Shown here: one piece after another, positions 1-9,126 of the stretch | Numbering within the stretch: position 1 is the first letter of the stretch | Layout of the letters: the number at the start of each line of letters is the position of its first letter | DNA from: Gemmatimonadales bacterium | GTDB lineage: Bacteria > Gemmatimonadota > Gemmatimonadetes > Gemmatimonadales > GWC2-71-9 | NCBI GenBank assembly: GCA_038321865.1 | Contig: JBBQFH010000009.1 | Span: 49,711 to 113,710 of the forward strand | Length of the DNA: 64,000 nt | Reading direction: 5' to 3' | The notes under the pieces: generated by a model | The model's database searches: none | What the model was told of the DNA's origin: nothing | What the model saw: the letters and a program-made list of their open reading frames with translations, nothing else | Program-made: the position numbers and the translations under genes

Positions 1-955
1 CGACGAAGCCGAGCGGATGCTCGCGCGACACCGGATCGAGAAGCTTCCCGTGGTGGATGATCAGGGCGTGCTGAAGGGGCTGATCACCGTCAAGGACATC
101 TTCAAGCGCCGCGAACATCCCAACGCCAACAAGGACCTCCACGGCCGCCTGCGGGTCGCGGCGGCCGTCGGCGGCACGCCGAACGACCGCACGCGTGCGC
201 GCGCGCTGGTGAATGCCGGCGCCGATGTCATCGTCATCGACTCCGCCCACGGGCACAGCGAGGGTGTGCTGGCGACCCTGGACGCGCTCCGCCAAGAGTT
301 TCCGGACGCCCAGATCATCGCGGGAAACATCGCCACCGAGAGTGGCGCGCGCGAGCTGGTCCGGCGAGGCGTCGATGCCGTGAAGGTCGGCATCGGGCCA
401 GGGAGCATCTGCACCACCCGGGTCGTGACCGGGGTCGGGGTTCCCCAGGTCACCGCGATCATGGACGCGGTCAGGGGAGCCGGCGACATTCCGATCATCG
501 CGGACGGCGGCATCAAGTATTCCGGCGACATGGTCAAGGCGCTGGCCTCGGGGGCGTCATCCGCCATGATGGGGTCGATGCTGGCCGGCACCGAGGAGAG
601 CCCCGGCGAGAGCGTGCTGGCCGAGGGGCGGCGCTTCAAGATGATCCGTGGCATGGGCAGCCTGTCCGCGATGCAGGACGGATCGGCCGACCGCTACTTT
701 CAGGAAGGTGAAATGGCGCCGTCCAAGTGGGTGCCCGAGGGCATCGAAGGCCGGGTGCCCTACAAGGGCGCGGTCGCCGACGTGATCTACCAGATGGTCG
801 GCGGGCTCCGCAGCGGCATGGGCTACTGCGGGGTTGCCGACATCGCCGCGCTCCAGCGCGATGTCGAGATGATTCAGGTGACGTCGGCCGGCCTGCGCGA
901 GTCGCATCCCCACGACGTGACCATCACGCGCGAGGCGCCGAATTACAGTGCGTGA
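1..955 (+). CDS. guaB: IMP dehydrogenase (5'-truncated by window edge)
   Basis: End of CBS domain, IDSAHG, catalytic [33 protein letters not shown]. Confidence 0.97.
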   Translation, partial: DEAERMLARHRIEKLPVVDDQGVLKGLITVKDIFKRREHPNANKDLHGRLRVAAAVGGTPNDRTRARALVNAGADVIVIDSAHGHSEGVLATLDALRQEFPDAQIIAGNIATESGARELVRRGVDAVKVGIGPGSICTTRVVTGVGVPQVTAIMDAVRGAGDIPIIADGGIKYSGDMVKALASGASSAMMGSMLAGTEESPGESVLAEGRRFKMIRGMGSLSAMQDGSADRYFQEGEMAPSKWVPEGIEGRVPYKGAVADVIYQMVGGLRSGMGYCGVADIAALQRDVEMIQVTSAGLRESHPHDVTITREAPNYSA

Positions 956-1019
956 CGAGACCGCCGTTTCGTCACTCTGACAGCTGCAGGCTGATCCAAT
1001 TCCCCAACCGAGGCATCTG

Positions 1020-2588
1020 ATGAGCGCACCCCACGTGAAGGGCGGCACACCGCCGCGTCCCCTGACCTCCGGGGGAGGCACGGGCCTGTGGGCCACGAAG
1101 TCGATCACGGCGCTCCGCGCCGAGGCCGAGGCGACCGGCGAGCGATCGCTGAAGCGCACGCTCGGCGCCCTGAACCTGACCATGCTCGGCATCGGTGCGA
1201 TCATCGGGGCGGGCATCTTCGTGCTCACGGGGCTGGCGGCGGCGCTGCACGCCGGGCCTGCGGTGCCGATCTCCTTCGTGCTCGCGGCGGTCGCCTGCGG
1301 CCTGGCCGGCCTTTGCTACGCGGAGATGGCCAGCGCAGTGCCGGTGGCGGGGAGCGCCTACACCTACTCGTACGCGACGATGGGCGAGTTCATTGCGTGG
1401 ATCATCGGCTGGGACCTGGTCCTCGAGTACGCGATGGGAGCGGCCACGGTCGGCGTGGGCTGGTCGGGGTATTTCGTCAGCATGCTCGACTTCTTCGGCG
1501 TGCACCTGCCCGTCGCGCTCACCTCGGCACCGCTCCGGCTCTGCAGCGCCGAGGATGTGACCAAGGCGGTCTCCTTCTGCGCGCACGCCGGATGGAACTC
1601 CACCGGGGCGCTGTTCAACCTGCCCGCCGTCGCCATCGTGCTCATCGCGACCACGATTCTGGTCATCGGCATCGAGGAGTCGGCCAAGGTCAACAACGTC
1701 ATCGTCGTGCTGAAGATCGCCGTGGTGCTGATGTTCATCGCGTTCGGCGCGAAATACGTCAACACCGGCAACTGGCATCCGTTCATCCCGGCCAATACCG
1801 GTGTCTTCGGAGAATTCGGCTGGAGCGGCGTCTTTCGCGGCGCCGGCCTGATCTTCTTCGCCTACATCGGCTTCGACGCCGTCAGCACCGCGGCGCAGGA
1901 GGCGAAGAACCCGCAGAAGGACATGCCGGTCGGCATTCTCGGCTCGCTCGGGATCTGCACGGTCCTCTACATCCTCGTCGCCCTGGTGCTCACGGGACTG
2001 GTCAAGTATGACCAGCTCAACGTCGCGCATCCGGTGGCCTACGCCGTGGAGCAGATCGCCGGACTGAACTGGCTCCGGCCGTTCATCACGATCGGCGCGG
2101 TGCTCGGGCTGGGTTCCGTGGTGCTCGTCATGCTCCTGGGCCAGTCACGGGTGTTCTACTCGATGTCCCGGGACGGCCTGATGGGGCCCTGGGCCGGCAA
2201 GGTGCACCCGCGCTTCCGGACGCCGTACCTGTCCACCATCTACGTGGGCATCATCGTCTCGGTCATCGCCGGCACCTTCCCGATTCAGATCCTTGGTGAG
2301 CTGGTGAACATCGGGACGCTGCTGGCGTTCGTGCTGGTGTGCGCCGGCGTGTGGATTCTCCGGAGCAAGCGGCCCGATCTCGAGCGGCCGTTCCGCACGC
2401 CGCTGGTTCCGCTGGTGCCGATCCTTGGCATCCTCTCCTGCATGGGCCTGATGGCCACCCTGCCCGGAGATACCTGGCTCCGGCTGCTGGTCTGGCTGCT
2501 GATCGGGTTCGTGATCTACTTCGGCTACGGCAGGAAACACAGCCACCTGCAGCAGGAGATCGCGGCGCGCCAGTCCCCCAACCCCTAG
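1020..2588 (+). CDS. APC-family amino acid permease (cationic amino acid transporter-like)
   Basis: LGIGAIIGAGIF, GSAYTY, FFAYIGFDAVST, AQEAKNPQ; many TM helices. Confidence 0.93.
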   Translation: MSAPHVKGGTPPRPLTSGGGTGLWATKSITALRAEAEATGERSLKRTLGALNLTMLGIGAIIGAGIFVLTGLAAALHAGPAVPISFVLAAVACGLAGLCYAEMASAVPVAGSAYTYSYATMGEFIAWIIGWDLVLEYAMGAATVGVGWSGYFVSMLDFFGVHLPVALTSAPLRLCSAEDVTKAVSFCAHAGWNSTGALFNLPAVAIVLIATTILVIGIEESAKVNNVIVVLKIAVVLMFIAFGAKYVNTGNWHPFIPANTGVFGEFGWSGVFRGAGLIFFAYIGFDAVSTAAQEAKNPQKDMPVGILGSLGICTVLYILVALVLTGLVKYDQLNVAHPVAYAVEQIAGLNWLRPFITIGAVLGLGSVVLVMLLGQSRVFYSMSRDGLMGPWAGKVHPRFRTPYLSTIYVGIIVSVIAGTFPIQILGELVNIGTLLAFVLVCAGVWILRSKRPDLERPFRTPLVPLVPILGILSCMGLMATLPGDTWLRLLVWLLIGFVIYFGYGRKHSHLQQEIAARQSPNP

Positions 2589-2611
2589 GCGAACCGCTCG
2601 AGACGCACGAG

Positions 2612-2642
2612 GGAGCGCCGCCGCAAGGCGGCGCTCCTGTTT
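2612..2642 (+). terminator. Rho-independent terminator after first permease
   Basis: GGAGCGCCGCC-GCAA-GGCGGCGCTCC followed by TGTTT. Confidence 0.8.
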
Positions 2643-2673
2643 CATCCCGCACCGTGAGCGCCGGGCGTCGCAA

Positions 2674-2702
2674 TTGACACCCCATGCCGAATCTCCTACC
2701 CT
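2674..2702 (+). promoter_or_regulatory. sigma70-type promoter of second permease
   Basis: TTGACA-17 nt-TACCCT. Confidence 0.6.
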
Positions 2703-2758
2703 GTCCCGCTGTTCCGCTCGATACATTCGCCGGCCTCCATCCAGCGCACGAGGATTGC

Positions 2759-4198
2759 ATGGATCTGTTCCGACGCAAGAGCGTCACCGCGCTCCAGTCC
2801 GAAGCCGAGAGCGACCACAGCCTGAAGCGGTCGCTGGGACCGCTGGCGCTGACGATGCTTGGCATCGGCGCCATCATCGGGACGGGCATCTTCGTGCTCA
2901 CCGGCACCGTCGCCGCGCAGAACGCCGGGCCCGCGGTCGTCCTGTCCTTCGTGCTCGCGGGATTCGCCTCGATCTTCGCGGCGCTCTGCTATTCCGAGTT
3001 CGCGGCGCTGGTGCCGATGGCCGGCAGCGCGTACACCTACGGCTACGCGACACTGGGCGAGTTCGTGGCCTGGATCATCGGCTGGGATCTGGTGCTGGAA
3101 TATGCCCTGAGCGCCACGACCGTGGCCATCGGCTGGTCGGGGTACGTCGTATCGTTTCTCAAGGACATCGGCATCGTCATCCCGGCGCACTTTGCCGCGG
3201 CGCGCGGCACCATGGTGACGCTCGCCGATGGATCACAGACCATGGCGCTGTTCAACGTCCCTGCGGTGCTCATCGTCGCGCTGGTGACCGGGCTGCTCGT
3301 CGTTGGAATCAAGGAGTCGGCCAACGTGAACAGCGTCATCGTGATCATCAAGGTGGCGGTGGTGATCCTGTTCATCGCGCTCGCGGCGCAGGCCATCAAT
3401 CCGGCCAACTGGCACCCGTTCATTCCGCCCAACACCGGTGCTCGCGAGCATTTCGGCTACACCGGCATCGTCGCCGGGGCGGGCGTCGTCTTCTTCGCCT
3501 ACATCGGGTTCGACGCGGTGAGCACCGCCGCGCAGGAGGCCAAGAACCCCCAGCGCGACATGCCGATCGGGATCATCACGTCGCTGGTCGTCTGCACGGT
3601 GCTCTACATCATCGTCGCGGGCATTGCGACGGGCGTCCTGCCGTACGCCCAGCTCGACGTGCCGGATCCGATCGCCAAGGTCGCGGACGCGGCGGGGCTC
3701 AAGTGGATCTCGTCGGTGATCAAGCTCGGCGCCATCGCCGGCCTGTCGTCCGTCATCCTGGTCCAGCTGATGGGCCAGTCCCGGGTGTTCTACAGCATGA
3801 GCAAGGACGGCCTGCTGCCGCCGTTCGTGAACCGGGTGCACCCGCGGTTCCGGACGCCGTACATCACGTCCATCGTGACCGGCATCGCCGTCTCGATTCC
3901 GGCCGGCTTCCTGACCGTCCGCGAGGCCGGCAGCCTGGTCTCCATCGGCACACTGCTCGCGTTCGCCATCGTGTCGATCGGCGTGCTCGTGCTGCGGGTC
4001 CGTGAGCCGGATCTGCACCGTCCCTTCCGCGCACCTGCCATCTGGCTGGTCGCCCCGCTCGGCGCCGGGTCGGCCTTCTACCTGATGTACTATCTCCCGC
4101 TCCGAACCTGGGAGCGGCTCATCATCTGGCTGCTCATCGGCTTCGTCGTCTACTTCGCCTACGGTTACCGGCACTCCCGGCTCAATCGCGCGGCGTAG
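2759..4198 (+). CDS. APC-family amino acid permease (paralog of upstream gene)
   Basis: Same motifs as 1020..2588; start moved to ATG 2759 behind GAGGA. Confidence 0.92.
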   Translation: MDLFRRKSVTALQSEAESDHSLKRSLGPLALTMLGIGAIIGTGIFVLTGTVAAQNAGPAVVLSFVLAGFASIFAALCYSEFAALVPMAGSAYTYGYATLGEFVAWIIGWDLVLEYALSATTVAIGWSGYVVSFLKDIGIVIPAHFAAARGTMVTLADGSQTMALFNVPAVLIVALVTGLLVVGIKESANVNSVIVIIKVAVVILFIALAAQAINPANWHPFIPPNTGAREHFGYTGIVAGAGVVFFAYIGFDAVSTAAQEAKNPQRDMPIGIITSLVVCTVLYIIVAGIATGVLPYAQLDVPDPIAKVADAAGLKWISSVIKLGAIAGLSSVILVQLMGQSRVFYSMSKDGLLPPFVNRVHPRFRTPYITSIVTGIAVSIPAGFLTVREAGSLVSIGTLLAFAIVSIGVLVLRVREPDLHRPFRAPAIWLVAPLGAGSAFYLMYYLPLRTWERLIIWLLIGFVVYFAYGYRHSRLNRAA

Positions 4199-4224
4199 CA
4201 GCGGGGTTCCATTATCTTTCGCGC

Positions 4225-5250
4225 ATGTCACTGGACCTCTCCGCCGCCAAGATCGCCGCAGCCACCTCGCTGGCCGCGATCTTCCAGTCGGGACAGCGGG
4301 TCTGCCTCACGACCCACGTCAACCCCGACGGCGACGGCCTGGGCAGCGAGATCGGCCTGCTCCAGCTGCTGCGCGCCCGCGGGGTGGACGCGGTCATTAC
4401 CAATCCGACCGCGACGCCGAGCCGCTTCGAGTTCCTCTTCGAGGGGATCCCGGGCTGTGACCGCAGCGGGCATGCGATCAAGGAGCTGCGGCGGGCGGAT
4501 GTCATCGTGGTGCTGGACATCTCCGATATCGGCCGGCTCGGCATGCTGAGCGACACCGTCCGCGACACCCGTGTTCCGCTCGCCTGCATCGATCATCACG
4601 TGAGCGACAGCGTGCTTCCGCCCGGCCCCCGCTACATGGACCAGTCGGCTGCCGCCACGGGCGAGCTGGTCTACGAGATCGCCGTGGCGAATGCCTGGCC
4701 GGTCACGCGCGACGTGGCGCAGGCACTGTACGTCGCCGTCCTCACGGATACCGGCGGGTTCCGGTTCAGCAACACCCGCCCCCGCACCCTCCGCGTCGCT
4801 GCCGACCTGCTCGAGACCGGGGTGGATCCCGAGCAGATCTACCTGGACGTCTACGCCCGGGCGCCTGAAGGGCGTCCGCGGCTTTTTGCCGAGGCGCTGC
4901 AGACTCTCGTGGTCGAGCCACAGCATGGGCTGGCGTGGGTCACCGTCCCGCCGGGCGCCATCGAGCGGCTCGGCGTGTCGTCCGATGACCTCGACGGCGT
5001 CGTCGAGTTCCCGCGGTCGATCGAAGGGGTGCGGATGGCGCTGCTGTTTCGCGAGGCATCGCAGGGGCGGATCAAGGTGTCGCTGCGCTCGGTCGGCAAT
5101 GTGGACGTCGCCGGCTTTGCCAAGCGGTTCGGGGGCGGCGGCCACCGGAAGGCGGCGGGCCTGTCGGTGGTGGGCAGCATGGTGGACGTGCAGGGCAGGG
5201 TGCTCGAGGCCGCCCGGGAATACCTGAGCGACACCAACGGGCACCCGTGA
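4225..5250 (+). CDS. nrnA: DHH/DHHA1 bifunctional oligoribonuclease / pAp phosphatase
   Basis: HVNPDGDGLGS, IDHH, TDTGGF, SLRS, GGGGHRKAAG. Confidence 0.9.
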   Translation: MSLDLSAAKIAAATSLAAIFQSGQRVCLTTHVNPDGDGLGSEIGLLQLLRARGVDAVITNPTATPSRFEFLFEGIPGCDRSGHAIKELRRADVIVVLDISDIGRLGMLSDTVRDTRVPLACIDHHVSDSVLPPGPRYMDQSAAATGELVYEIAVANAWPVTRDVAQALYVAVLTDTGGFRFSNTRPRTLRVAADLLETGVDPEQIYLDVYARAPEGRPRLFAEALQTLVVEPQHGLAWVTVPPGAIERLGVSSDDLDGVVEFPRSIEGVRMALLFREASQGRIKVSLRSVGNVDVAGFAKRFGGGGHRKAAGLSVVGSMVDVQGRVLEAAREYLSDTNGHP

Positions 5251-5277
5251 GTGGACTCCCCGCCTTATATTCGCGGC

Positions 5278-5508
5278 ATGGACATCTTCGCACGCATCGA
5301 GCGCTCGCTGGACACCCTTCGTCCGTATATCGCCTCCCACAAGGGACACGTCGAGGTCGTTGACTTCGACGAGAGCGACGGCATGCTGCTGCTTCGCCTC
5401 GGCGGGACCTGCCACGGCTGCGCCGCGTCGACCATCACGCTGAAACAGGGAATCGAGACGCGGCTGCGGGAGATGGTGCCCGAGGTCAAGCACGTCGAGG
5501 CCGTGTGA
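5278..5508 (+). CDS. NifU/NfuA C-terminal-domain Fe-S carrier
   Basis: LRPYIASHKG, LGGTCHGC (CxxC), TLKQGIE; start at ATG 5278. Confidence 0.88.
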   Translation: MDIFARIERSLDTLRPYIASHKGHVEVVDFDESDGMLLLRLGGTCHGCAASTITLKQGIETRLREMVPEVKHVEAV

Positions 5509-6605
5509 TGGCTGAGACCCTCGAAGCCCGCGTCATCAGCGCGCTCGCCGGCATCCGCAATCCCCGGCTGGAAAACGACCTGATCTCATCCGGCATGGTC
5601 CGTGAGCTCGAGGTCCGCCCCGACGGTCGGGTCAGCTTCACCTTCCTGCTCGCCTCCGATGACCCCGCGACGCTGGTTCGCGCCGCCCGGAGCGCCGTCC
5701 GCGCGGTGGACGGCGTCGGCGAGGTGAAGATCAACGTCTCCAATCCCGGCGGCCCCGCGACACCGACGCATGGTCCGCCCACGTCCGAGGGAATGACGCC
5801 CGCGCCCTCGCCGATGGAGCAGCCCCACCTCGGCCGTATTCTGGCCGTGTCATCGGGGAAGGGCGGCGTTGGCAAGTCCACCGTTGCGGCCAATCTGGCG
5901 GTGGCGCTGGCGGAGGCGGGCTATCGGGTCGGCGTGATGGACGCGGATGTCTACGGCCCCAACATGCCGCGCATGTTCGGCATTTTCGAGAAGCCGCCGG
6001 TGGCCGGCGGGAAGATGCAGCCGCTCGAAGCCTTCGGCGTGAAGCTGATGTCCCTCGGCTTCCTCATCGATCGTGACGCGCCTGCCATCTGGCGCGGCCC
6101 GATCATCATGAAGATCATCCAGCAGTTCCTGCGGGACGTGAACTGGGGCGAGCTCGACTACTTCATCGTGGACATGCCCCCCGGCACCGGCGATGCCCAG
6201 CTCTCGCTGGTGCAGTCAGTCCACGTGGCGGCGGCACTCATCGTCACGACGCCGCAGGAAGTGGCGGTGGGTGACGCGCTCCGTGGCGCGCGCATGTTCG
6301 AGCGTGTCGGCGTGCCCGTCATCGGCATTGTCGAGAACATGAGCGGATTCACCGATCCGGAGAGCGGGCGCCACTGGGAGCTCTTCTCGTCCGGTGGCGG
6401 GCTCCGCCTGGCCGAAGAGCTCGGCGTGCCGCTGCTGGGGAAGGTGCCGCTCCAGCCCGGTCTCGCCGAGCTCGCCGACGGTGGAAAGCCCGTCGTGCTG
6501 GGCGCACCGTCGAGCCCGGCGGCCGCGGTGCTGCGCGAGATCGCCGACCGGGTTCGCGAACATATGGGCGGCCGGTCAATCGCCCTGCCGATACTCCGGA
6601 GCTGA
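5505..6605 (+). CDS. mrp: Mrp/ApbC (NBP35 family) P-loop ATPase
   Basis: SGKGGVGKST, DADVYGP, WRGP, DMPPGTGD, TTPQ, VENMS; lacks the usual CxxC. Confidence 0.9.
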   Translation: MMAETLEARVISALAGIRNPRLENDLISSGMVRELEVRPDGRVSFTFLLASDDPATLVRAARSAVRAVDGVGEVKINVSNPGGPATPTHGPPTSEGMTPAPSPMEQPHLGRILAVSSGKGGVGKSTVAANLAVALAEAGYRVGVMDADVYGPNMPRMFGIFEKPPVAGGKMQPLEAFGVKLMSLGFLIDRDAPAIWRGPIIMKIIQQFLRDVNWGELDYFIVDMPPGTGDAQLSLVQSVHVAAALIVTTPQEVAVGDALRGARMFERVGVPVIGIVENMSGFTDPESGRHWELFSSGGGLRLAEELGVPLLGKVPLQPGLAELADGGKPVVLGAPSSPAAAVLREIADRVREHMGGRSIALPILRS

Positions 6606-6630
6606 CCGTCCGCCCGCGCACGGCGCGCTC

Positions 6631-7389
6631 ATGAGCGCGCTGATCACGCTGCTCACCGATTTTTCCAACGCCGATTCCTACGTCGCGGAGATGAAGGGCG
6701 TGCTGCTGAGTGCGCTCCCCGCGGCGACACTGGTGGATGTGACGCATCTGATTCCGCCGGGCGATGTGCGGAGCGCCGCTCACGTACTTGCCCGGGTCTG
6801 GCGCCGTTTCCCGGCGGGCACCGTGCATCTCGCCATCGTGGACCCGGGCGTCGGCACCGCACGGGCGGCGCTGGCGGTGTCCACCCGCGGCCACTACTTC
6901 GTCGGCCCCGACAACGGCGTGCTCACGCCCATCCTAAAGGACGAGGTCGACATCGTGGCGCTGCCGACGCCGGCCGACGCCGCGCCGACGTTCCACGGCC
7001 GGGACCTGTTCGCGCCCGCCGCGGCCGCGATCGCGTCGGGTCGGCCCATGCGCTCGCTGGGTCCCCGCTTCACCGGCTTGCCCGTTCGCCTCACGTACAC
7101 GGAGCCACATTACGAGGGTAAGAGCGTCGTCGGTGAGGTCGTATACGTCGACCGGTTCGGGACGCTGGTGACCAACCTGACGCCGGAGCTGGTGCCGCCG
7201 TATGCGCGGCTCGAGATCGAGGGCGTCGACGCCGGACCGCTCCGCCGCACGTTCGGGGACGTGCCGACGGGCGGCCTGGTGGCCTATCTCGGTTCCAACG
7301 GCGACGTGGAGGTGGCGGTGCGCGACGGCTCCGCGGCGCGGCGGCTGGGAATCGGCGTCGGCGGAAGGGTGCGCGCCCGGCTGGGCTGA
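6631..7389 (+). CDS. DUF62 SAM hydroxide adenosyltransferase / SAM-dependent chlorinase-fluorinase family
   Basis: ITLLTDF, VDPGVGTAR, GPDNG, TFHGRDLFAP, YVDRFG. Confidence 0.88.
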   Translation: MSALITLLTDFSNADSYVAEMKGVLLSALPAATLVDVTHLIPPGDVRSAAHVLARVWRRFPAGTVHLAIVDPGVGTARAALAVSTRGHYFVGPDNGVLTPILKDEVDIVALPTPADAAPTFHGRDLFAPAAAAIASGRPMRSLGPRFTGLPVRLTYTEPHYEGKSVVGEVVYVDRFGTLVTNLTPELVPPYARLEIEGVDAGPLRRTFGDVPTGGLVAYLGSNGDVEVAVRDGSAARRLGIGVGGRVRARLG

Positions 7390-7414
7390 GGGTTCACTCG
7401 ACTCGGAGGCGGCG

Positions 7415-8257
7415 ATGCGTCCCCTGCTCGTGGCGCACCTGGTCGGCGCGGGGTGGGGCAGGCTGGCGCCGCTGGTGCCGACGGACGGCGCGGTCTACGC
7501 GATCCTGTTCATCGCGATCACGCTGCTCTTCCTCAAGCGGTGCGGCGATGTCGGACTGCAGGCGGAGGAGTCCCTCGGTGGGGCGGTCAGCGGCGCAGGC
7601 GGCGCAATCGCCGGCAGCCGGCTGTTCTTCCTGATCACCACCGGCGCGCTGGTCCGCACCTCTCCGGCGCAGTGGGTCAATCTCGGCGGCGGCACGGCGT
7701 CGTGGGGCGCATACCTCGGTGGCATTGCGGGTCTCGCGACGTTCTGCCGGTTCTCGTCGGCGTCGTTCTGGGTCATGGCCGACGTCGGAGCCTCCTGCGC
7801 CGGGCTGAGCGAGGTCATCGGACGCTGGGCATGCCTCCTTGCCGGCGATGATTTCGGCCGGGTCAGCACGCTGCCGTGGGCCATCCACTTCCCGCCCGGC
7901 AGCTTCGCGTACCGCGCGCATGCGGCGCGAGGGCTGCTGGAGGCCGGCGCCACGCAGTCGCTCGCCGTGCATCCGCTGCAGATCTATCTCATGCTGAATG
8001 CCGCCGTCGTGTTCGCGCTGACGACGCTCGCGTGGCGCCGCTGGCGGAACGCACCCGGCCGCACGCTCGCCACCTTTCTGCTGCTGCACGGCGCGACGCG
8101 ATTCTGCTGGGAATTTCTCCGTGATCCTGATGCCGGCGGCGCGCGCGGCCTGCTGTCAGTGTCGCAGTGGACCTGTCTGGGAATGGTGGCGGCGGGAGTC
8201 CTGCTGGCGATACGCCTGCGCGGAATGCGGAGCGAAGTGCCGGCCGCCGCATCGTGA
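7415..8257 (+). CDS. Divergent prolipoprotein diacylglyceryl transferase (Lgt) paralog
   Basis: GGAGG RBS; GSRL, GRWACLLAGDDFG, LPWAIHFP, HPLQIY, RFCWEFLR, SQW; multiple TM segments. Confidence 0.8.
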   Translation: MRPLLVAHLVGAGWGRLAPLVPTDGAVYAILFIAITLLFLKRCGDVGLQAEESLGGAVSGAGGAIAGSRLFFLITTGALVRTSPAQWVNLGGGTASWGAYLGGIAGLATFCRFSSASFWVMADVGASCAGLSEVIGRWACLLAGDDFGRVSTLPWAIHFPPGSFAYRAHAARGLLEAGATQSLAVHPLQIYLMLNAAVVFALTTLAWRRWRNAPGRTLATFLLLHGATRFCWEFLRDPDAGGARGLLSVSQWTCLGMVAAGVLLAIRLRGMRSEVPAAAS

Positions 8258-8267
8258 TGCGGCGGCC
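8242..8267. terminator. GC-rich hairpin between convergent lgt paralog and small ORF (putative bidirectional terminator)
   Basis: GGCCGCCGCATC-GT-GATGCGGCGGCC perfect 12-bp inverted repeat over the lgt stop; no U-tract. Confidence 0.55.
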
Positions 8268-8277
8268 TCCCCGCCAA

Positions 8278-8391
8278 TCAGTTCGGTGCCGAGTACGATT
8301 TGCAGGCGGCGAGGGTCACCAGGCCACTGAAGACCATCAGCACCAGCACCAGCAGGCGCGCGCGCAGGCTCTGCGGAACGAAGGAACGCAT
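8278..8391 (-). CDS. 37-aa small prolipoprotein MRSFVPQSLRARLLVLVLMVFSGLVTLAACKSYSAPN
   Basis: Hand-translated; AGGAGG 5 nt before ATG; basic n-region, hydrophobic h-region, lipobox LAAC (C30). Confidence 0.75.
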   Translation of the reverse strand: MRSFVPQSLRARLLVLVLMVFSGLVTLAACKSYSAPN

Positions 8392-8514
8392 CCTGTCCTC
8401 CTGAGTGAATCGGCGTCGCCCGGTACCGGGATGGCACCGGATCGGCCGGAAAACCTACGGGTGAGACCTGCCGCCAACATGCAGCCCGGCCTGCGGCGGG
8501 GCAAGGCCGCCCGG

Positions 8515-9126
8515 TCAGGGAGGCGCGGCGGCGAAACCGCCGCGGAGCCGCAGCAGCGCTCGGCGGAAGAACCCGAACAGCTTCCAGATGATGAACGTCG
8601 CCAGCACGACCAGCACGATCACGATCGCGCCGGTTAGCACCGGATGCGTCGAAGCCAGCCAGCTCAGGCCGATAACGATCGCATCCTCGCCGAGGCTCAA
8701 CGCCCAGTTGCTGAACGGCTCGGGACTGGTGTTCGCCGCCGCACGCATGGACGCCTTCGCGCCGTGGGACGAGAGTGCCACGCCCCCCGCCAGCAACGCC
8801 GCCGCCAGCTTCCATGTCTCGGGCACCGCACCGAACGCGCTGTAGCCGATGAGTGCGGCCGCGGGCGGCCGGATGAAGGTGTGCACGGCGTCCCAGGCGC
8901 TGTCCACGACCGGAATCTTGTCGGCGACGAATTCAATCACGAACATCACCGCCGCGATGCCGATGATGAGCGGATTGGCCAGAATCTGGAGTGACGCGGG
9001 CAGCTGGACGACCCCGAAGCGCTGGAACAGCCCGGCGGCGGCCACCGTGGCGTAGAGATTCAAACCCGAGGCGAACGACGTACCGAGGGTGAAGCCGAGC
9101 GTCTGGAGCGGGCTCAGTTCACCCAC
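8515..9126 (-). CDS. DUF4126-family membrane protein
   Basis: ASGLNLYA, EFVADKIP, WDAVHTFIRPPAAA, SLGED; GTG start overlapping end of upstream gene. Confidence 0.8.
   Translation of the reverse strand: MGELSPLQTLGFTLGTSFASGLNLYATVAAAGLFQRFGVVQLPASLQILANPLIIGIAAVMFVIEFVADKIPVVDSAWDAVHTFIRPPAAALIGYSAFGAVPETWKLAAALLAGGVALSSHGAKASMRAAANTSPEPFSNWALSLGEDAIVIGLSWLASTHPVLTGAIVIVLVVLATFIIWKLFGFFRRALLRLRGGFAAAPP

Noticed and set aside
6631..7389. Fluorinase/chlorinase natural-product locus
   Set aside because: DPGVGxxR and TFHGRD fit the common DUF62 SAM hydrolase type, and no biosynthetic genes are adjacent
8456..8483. Fifth ECF promoter upstream of the small lipoprotein
   Set aside because: CGTA is present but the -35 (TGCATG at N18) matches poorly; a sigma70 -10 TAGGTT is equally plausible
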